Shown here: piece by piece, positions 59,442 to 64,000 of the stretch | How the letters are laid out: every line of letters starts with the position of its first letter | Position numbering within the stretch: the first letter of the stretch is position 1 | Source of the DNA: an uncultured virus (IMG/VR IMGVR_UViG_3300025882_000423) | Lineage: Duplodnaviria > Heunggongvirae > Uroviricota > Caudoviricetes | Strand: one strand, 5' to 3' | IMG/VR virus record: IMGVR_UViG_3300025882_000423 | Length of the DNA: 64,000 nucleotides | The notes under the pieces: model-generated | What the model was told of the DNA's origin: nothing | Database searches by the model: none | What the model saw: the letters and a program-made list of their open reading frames with translations, nothing else | Made by a program: the position numbers and the translations under genes

Positions 59442-61155
59442 TATTGATGACTTAGACATTAAGCCAATTAAAAGCTGGCGTGAGTTTGAAGCAGAGCTCG
59501 CCCAGCTGGGCGAAGATCTACGCGCAACCATTGAGCTAGAGTGCGAGGCTTTTGACGTTGACCCAGCGGCCAGCAAAGCACGCCGTGAACGCGCGATTTT
59601 TGATTATGAGTTTTTTTGTCGGACGTACTTTCCACACTATGTGCCTACTGAGCATTTTAGTGTTTTTCAGCAATTTATCTTTAAGCAGCTACCAGCCTGT
59701 ATAGACTCACCAAAAGATGCACGCGAAGACCATGAAGCGCCACGCGGTGAGGCTAAATCAACTTATGAAACACAGTTAGGCTCTCTCTGGTCAATTTGCC
59801 GCGCAACTTATATTCAGCAGCATATCACCAGTGGCAAGCTGCCGCGCAAAGCTCGCAAGCACATGATCGGTATCATTATGAATACCGAAGAGCAAGCCGC
59901 TGAAATGCTAGAAAGTATCAAAGCTGAGTTAGATACTAACCCACGCTTAATGATGGATTTTAGCGAAGCTACAGGGCAAGGCAGAGTGTGGCAAGCCACC
60001 ACGGCCATCACGGCTAACAACATCAAAGTGCGCATTGGTGGCACGGGTAAAAAGCTACGCGGTATGAAACATGGCCCACATCGGCCAGACCAAATTCACC
60101 TAGATGACTTAGAAAACGACGACAATGTTAAGTCTCTAGAGCAACGCAAAAAAACGCAAGACTTTGTCTTAAAAGCCGTGCTTGGCTTGGCTGGCCCACA
60201 AGGTGGCATGGATGTATTTTTAGTAGGTACCAGCCTACATTATGATGCTGCGATTAACCGCATAGGCCGCGCACCCGGGTGGCGTTTACGCGTGTTTAAA
60301 TCCATTATGCGCTGGCCAGACAATATGCACCTCTGGGATCAGTGGGAGGCGATTTATGCGCGCCCTGGTACACCTGAAGAAAAAGACGAAGCCGAGGCCG
60401 AAGCCTTAGCCTTTTATGAGGCTAACAAAGCCGAAATGGAAAAAGGCGCGGTGGTCAGCTGGCCACAAGTGCGCCCGCTATACCGCTTAATGTGCATGCG
60501 CGCGATTGACCATGAAGCCTTTAACCATGAGCAACAAAACGAGGCTGGCAATAGTGAAGATGCACCATTTAAAACGATACAATTTTGGGTTAATAAACTA
60601 TCTGATTGGCTATTTTTTGGGTCGATTGACCCATCTATGGGCAAGAAAAAGAAAAAAAATGATTACTCAGCAATATTGGTTGGTGGATACAGAATTGTGA
60701 CCATGACCTTAGATGTAGTCGAGGCTGATATACAGCGCCGTGTGCCAGATCTGATTATTACGCACGCCATTGATTACCAGAAAGAATATAACTGCTTGAT
60801 GTGGGCAGTTGAGACCGTGGCTTTTCAAGAGTTTTTATATACAGAACTACTCAAACGCGCGATTAAAGAAGGTGTTTATTTTCCTACGGCGCCAGAGGGT
60901 GGTGTTGAGAAAGGTCGCGACAAAGATCTGGCTATTTTATCGTTGCAGCCTCCTGTTAATCGCGGTCAGATTCGTTTGCATCATCAGCAAAGCAAGCTTA
61001 TTGATCAGCTGAAGTTTTACCCTGAAGCCGACCATGACGACGGCCCTGACGCACTAGAGATGCTGTGGAAGATTGCCACCAGCTATTCACAAGCCTTTGA
61101 GTATGTATCCGCTGCCAGCAACCGTGGCAAAAATAATGATGATATGGATGACTAA
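59434..61155 (+). CDS. terminase large subunit
   Basis: APRGEAKST, LDDLEND, IDPSMG, HDDGPDALE. Confidence 0.93.
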   Translation: MADIDDLDIKPIKSWREFEAELAQLGEDLRATIELECEAFDVDPAASKARRERAIFDYEFFCRTYFPHYVPTEHFSVFQQFIFKQLPACIDSPKDAREDHEAPRGEAKSTYETQLGSLWSICRATYIQQHITSGKLPRKARKHMIGIIMNTEEQAAEMLESIKAELDTNPRLMMDFSEATGQGRVWQATTAITANNIKVRIGGTGKKLRGMKHGPHRPDQIHLDDLENDDNVKSLEQRKKTQDFVLKAVLGLAGPQGGMDVFLVGTSLHYDAAINRIGRAPGWRLRVFKSIMRWPDNMHLWDQWEAIYARPGTPEEKDEAEAEALAFYEANKAEMEKGAVVSWPQVRPLYRLMCMRAIDHEAFNHEQQNEAGNSEDAPFKTIQFWVNKLSDWLFFGSIDPSMGKKKKKNDYSAILVGGYRIVTMTLDVVEADIQRRVPDLIITHAIDYQKEYNCLMWAVETVAFQEFLYTELLKRAIKEGVYFPTAPEGGVEKGRDKDLAILSLQPPVNRGQIRLHHQQSKLIDQLKFYPEADHDDGPDALEMLWKIATSYSQAFEYVSAASNRGKNNDDMDD

Positions 61156-61157
61156 AA

Positions 61158-62747
61158 ATGAGCAGAAAACATAAAAAAGCCGCTTTTAAAGCTGCACCGC
61201 CTACAGGCAAACCAGACACCAACTTGCAAGCTGGGCCGCGTACCAGCCTTGGCCACACACTTAATTATGCTAGCGTTAACACGCTTGACCCTAGCCGTTT
61301 GGCCAATGCATTCAGGCAGGCAGATAGTGGCCAGATTACGCACCAGGCATCATTGTTTGAGTTGGTAGAAGAGCAAGACGCACATATTTATGCCGAGTTG
61401 GCCAAGCGTAAGCGCGGCATTACCTCATTGGGCTGGCAACTTGAGCCGTCTGATGATGCTGATCAGTCAGAGCTAGATCGTACTGATCAGCTGGAAGATA
61501 TGATCCGCAAAATCCCCAATATTGAAGACGCACAATATGACTTGGCTGACGGTATAGGCAAAGGCTTTAGTGCGCTTGAAATAGAGTGGCGCTTTGGCGC
61601 AGAATGGCTACCAAAAGCACTGCACTATGTGCCGCAGCGTGACTTTGTGCTGCATGATAAAGACCGCCACTTACAATATAACGGCACAGGCATACCGGAA
61701 GATTTAAGACCGTTTGGCTGGGTGATTCACGAGCATAAAGCTAAGTCTGGCTATATGGAGCAATCAGCGTTATTTCGCGTGTTGGCGTGGACGTATGCTT
61801 ACAAAGCCTACACGATTAAAGATATGCAGCGCTTTTTAGAGCTGTACGGCTTGCCGCTGCGCTTAGGTAAATACCCTGCGGGCATCGATAAAGCCTCACG
61901 CGACCAATTGCTCAAAGCCGTGAGGTCAATCGGTAATGATGGCGCTGGCGTAATACCAGCCAATATGATGATTGAATTTGTCCAGGCACAAGCTAAAGGC
62001 AATGTCACCGACTTTTTAAGCAATATAGAATATTGGGAGCAAAAACAAAGTAAGGCTATTTTGGGCGGTGAGCCTGACGGTAAGTCGATGACTGAAGCGC
62101 GCATTATGTTATTTGATAAAACGCGTCGAGAGATCATGCTGCACGATGTATCACAAATGCAGCCGACACTCACCGAGCAGCTGGTAGCACCTATCAATTT
62201 ATACAACGGTATCTTTACGCCAGACCGCATGCCCAAGTGGTCATACTTAACCCAAGAGTCTGTTGATCAGCAAAAAATGGTTACCGTGTTGCAAGCGGCT
62301 ACAGGGCTAGGCATGGAGATTAGCCTAGAGTATGCGCATGAGGTAATGCAAATACCAAAAGCTGAAAAAGGCGCGCGATTGCTTGGCAAGGTTGCCGAAC
62401 CAAAGCAAGACCAGGATAAACCAAAGTCGGAAAAACCAGAGCCAAAAGAAGATGACGAAGATGAAACCAAAAGCGCACTCACACGCTTGGCCACACTGGC
62501 AAAACAGCAAGGTGCAAGCGCTGATCTAACCGATGCTTACACTGCACAACTGGCTGCACTTGGTGCAAAACATGAAGCCACATTGGTGCAAAAGATATCA
62601 GCCGTGGTGGCCGAGGCTGGCGACTTTGATGAGGCGATAGCAGGCATAGAAGCGCTGGCTGTTGACTTTAAAGTGCCAGCACTGGCAGAGGTGATTGCGC
62701 TTGGTTTGGCCGCAGCGAATTTGGGTGGACGCAGTGAGGTAATATAA
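61158..62747 (+). CDS. portal protein (DUF935 / Mu gp29)
   Basis: DAHI.AEL.KRK, E.YGLP.RLGKYP, SKAILG. Confidence 0.93.
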   Translation: MSRKHKKAAFKAAPPTGKPDTNLQAGPRTSLGHTLNYASVNTLDPSRLANAFRQADSGQITHQASLFELVEEQDAHIYAELAKRKRGITSLGWQLEPSDDADQSELDRTDQLEDMIRKIPNIEDAQYDLADGIGKGFSALEIEWRFGAEWLPKALHYVPQRDFVLHDKDRHLQYNGTGIPEDLRPFGWVIHEHKAKSGYMEQSALFRVLAWTYAYKAYTIKDMQRFLELYGLPLRLGKYPAGIDKASRDQLLKAVRSIGNDGAGVIPANMMIEFVQAQAKGNVTDFLSNIEYWEQKQSKAILGGEPDGKSMTEARIMLFDKTRREIMLHDVSQMQPTLTEQLVAPINLYNGIFTPDRMPKWSYLTQESVDQQKMVTVLQAATGLGMEISLEYAHEVMQIPKAEKGARLLGKVAEPKQDQDKPKSEKPEPKEDDEDETKSALTRLATLAKQQGASADLTDAYTAQLAALGAKHEATLVQKISAVVAEAGDFDEAIAGIEALAVDFKVPALAEVIALGLAAANLGGRSEVI

Positions 62748-63016
62748 TGATAGGCAAAAGACTTTATAGAGAAGATGGCGAAGAGAATTTTCTAAATCGC
62801 ATTTTTAATACACATGGCTCCTATGGAACGGCCAATGGCAAAGACTGGTTTTGCTCAACACCCAATGGATTGTTTGGTAATATCAGCAACCATTCTGTAA
62901 CTGAGCATGAAGATGGCACAATCACTGTGTCGCCATCAATATTAGTATCACAAAGTCATAATAATTTAAGTTGGCATGGATGGCTTGAAAAAGGCATCTG
63001 GCGTGAGTGCTCTTAA
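62747..63016 (+). CDS. DUF6527-like small protein inserted between portal and gpF
   Basis: TVSPSIL...WHGWL..GIW. Confidence 0.55.
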   Translation: MIGKRLYREDGEENFLNRIFNTHGSYGTANGKDWFCSTPNGLFGNISNHSVTEHEDGTITVSPSILVSQSHNNLSWHGWLEKGIWRECS

Positions 63017-64000
63017 TGGCAGTCAATCCCACTCAACTCCCATTCAAAGAAGCGATCGCTTTCTACCGCGATAAAATCAAACTGCCAACCAGCGGCTGGA
63101 CTGATATTTGGGAAGAGCAGCACAGCAAAGCCTTTGTGGTGGCTGGTGCTCAATCTGACGCGCTGCTTGAGGACTTTTACAACGCCTTGCAAGATGCTAA
63201 ACAAAACGGCGGTGGCTATGCCGACTTTAAAGAACGCTTTGGCCAAATAGTCGATAAACACGGCTGGAGCTACAACGGAACACCAGGCTGGCGCAGCCGC
63301 ATAACATACGATACCAATATTACGCAGGCTTATAGCGCTGGCCGTTATGTGCAAATGCGAGAAGTTAAGCACCTACGGCCATACTGGCAGTATGAGCACA
63401 CCAGCATTGAGCACCCACGATTAGAGCATAAATCATGGGATGGCATTATTCTGCCAGCCGACGATGCATGGTTTGATACGCACATGCCCCAAAACGGCTG
63501 GGGTTGTAAATGCCGTATTCACTCGCTTAGCAGTTATGAGGCCGAACAAGCTTGGATGGCCAAAGGCAACACTGGCCCAGATGAAGCGCCAAAAATCATT
63601 TGGGAAGATAAAATCGTCGGCAAAAACGGCAGCAACCCGCGCGTAGTAAGCACGCCTGAAGGCATTGACCCCGGCTTTGCATATAACCCGGGTAAAGCGT
63701 ATTTAGAGCCGCACAGCCCATATCCCTATGGATATGAGGCCATCAACCCTAAAAATATTAACAAGAGTGGGCATTATGTGCGCACGGCCAACTTTGATGA
63801 ACCGCTGCCAGCCACGCCCATGCAGCCACATTGGCTTAATGATAAATCAATCTCAGGTGAAGCTGCAGTCATTAACTTTTTAGATTTCTTTAATGCTGAC
63901 CTCAATAATGCTAGCGTGTTTACTGACAAGGCTGGGGTTAACATCAGCATATCAAAAGCCTTGTTTATTGAGGGCAAAGACAAAGCGTCAGACCAGTTTA
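63016..64000 (+). CDS. Mu gpF head morphogenesis protein (partial, not in the ORF track)
   Basis: ATG at 63016: MAVNPTQLPFKEAIAFYRDK..., HPRLEH, PQNGWGCKC, GIDPGFAYNPG. Confidence 0.9.
   Translation, partial: MAVNPTQLPFKEAIAFYRDKIKLPTSGWTDIWEEQHSKAFVVAGAQSDALLEDFYNALQDAKQNGGGYADFKERFGQIVDKHGWSYNGTPGWRSRITYDTNITQAYSAGRYVQMREVKHLRPYWQYEHTSIEHPRLEHKSWDGIILPADDAWFDTHMPQNGWGCKCRIHSLSSYEAEQAWMAKGNTGPDEAPKIIWEDKIVGKNGSNPRVVSTPEGIDPGFAYNPGKAYLEPHSPYPYGYEAINPKNINKSGHYVRTANFDEPLPATPMQPHWLNDKSISGEAAVINFLDFFNADLNNASVFTDKAGVNISISKALFIEGKDKASDQF

Larger units (their letters stand above)
24687..64000. mobile_element. Mu/BcepMu-like transposable prophage (contractile tail), continues beyond the window
   Basis: Transposase A/B, repressor, Ner, GemA, Mor, Mu-type head, tail and baseplate genes; left end is a guess (TG at 24687). 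Confidence 0.9.

Noticed and set aside
63013..63983. ORF-track calls 63013-63372, 63440-63646 and 63774-63983
   Set aside because: Shadows of the gpF frame that starts at 63016 and runs off the window.

Overview
A 64 kb accessory region, probably from a betaproteobacterium (inferred from the tRNA and phage types), made of three adjacent mobile elements. (1) From ~1 to 19.8 kb, an island with a P4-type tyrosine integrase next to a 5'-truncated tRNA-Lys(TTT). It carries a pilin-like gene, umuDC, a promoter-flanked array of 45-nt tandem repeats, an HU gene, an uncharacterised operon (two metallophosphoesterases, PTP-type phosphatase, HAD protein, protease-less Lon-type AAA ATPase) behind a long structured leader, a small replication-like module, and a type II CBASS (HNH-SAVED, CD-NTase, Cap2, Cap3) followed by a DEDDh exonuclease. 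(2) From ~19.8 to 24.7 kb, a small int-xis-rep element with an Mrr-type nuclease. (3) From ~24.7 kb to the window end, a Mu/BcepMu-like transposable prophage whose head module is split around the early genes. It has three matching activator-type late promoters, extra fibre/hydrolase-like genes in the tail operon, and a Com-type zinc finger plus a Dam-type methylase. The most unusual signal is a ~400-nt stretch with nested long-range helices, paired with a 63-aa ORF, between com and the methylase: a candidate large ncRNA. All family assignments are from motif recognition by eye, not database searches.
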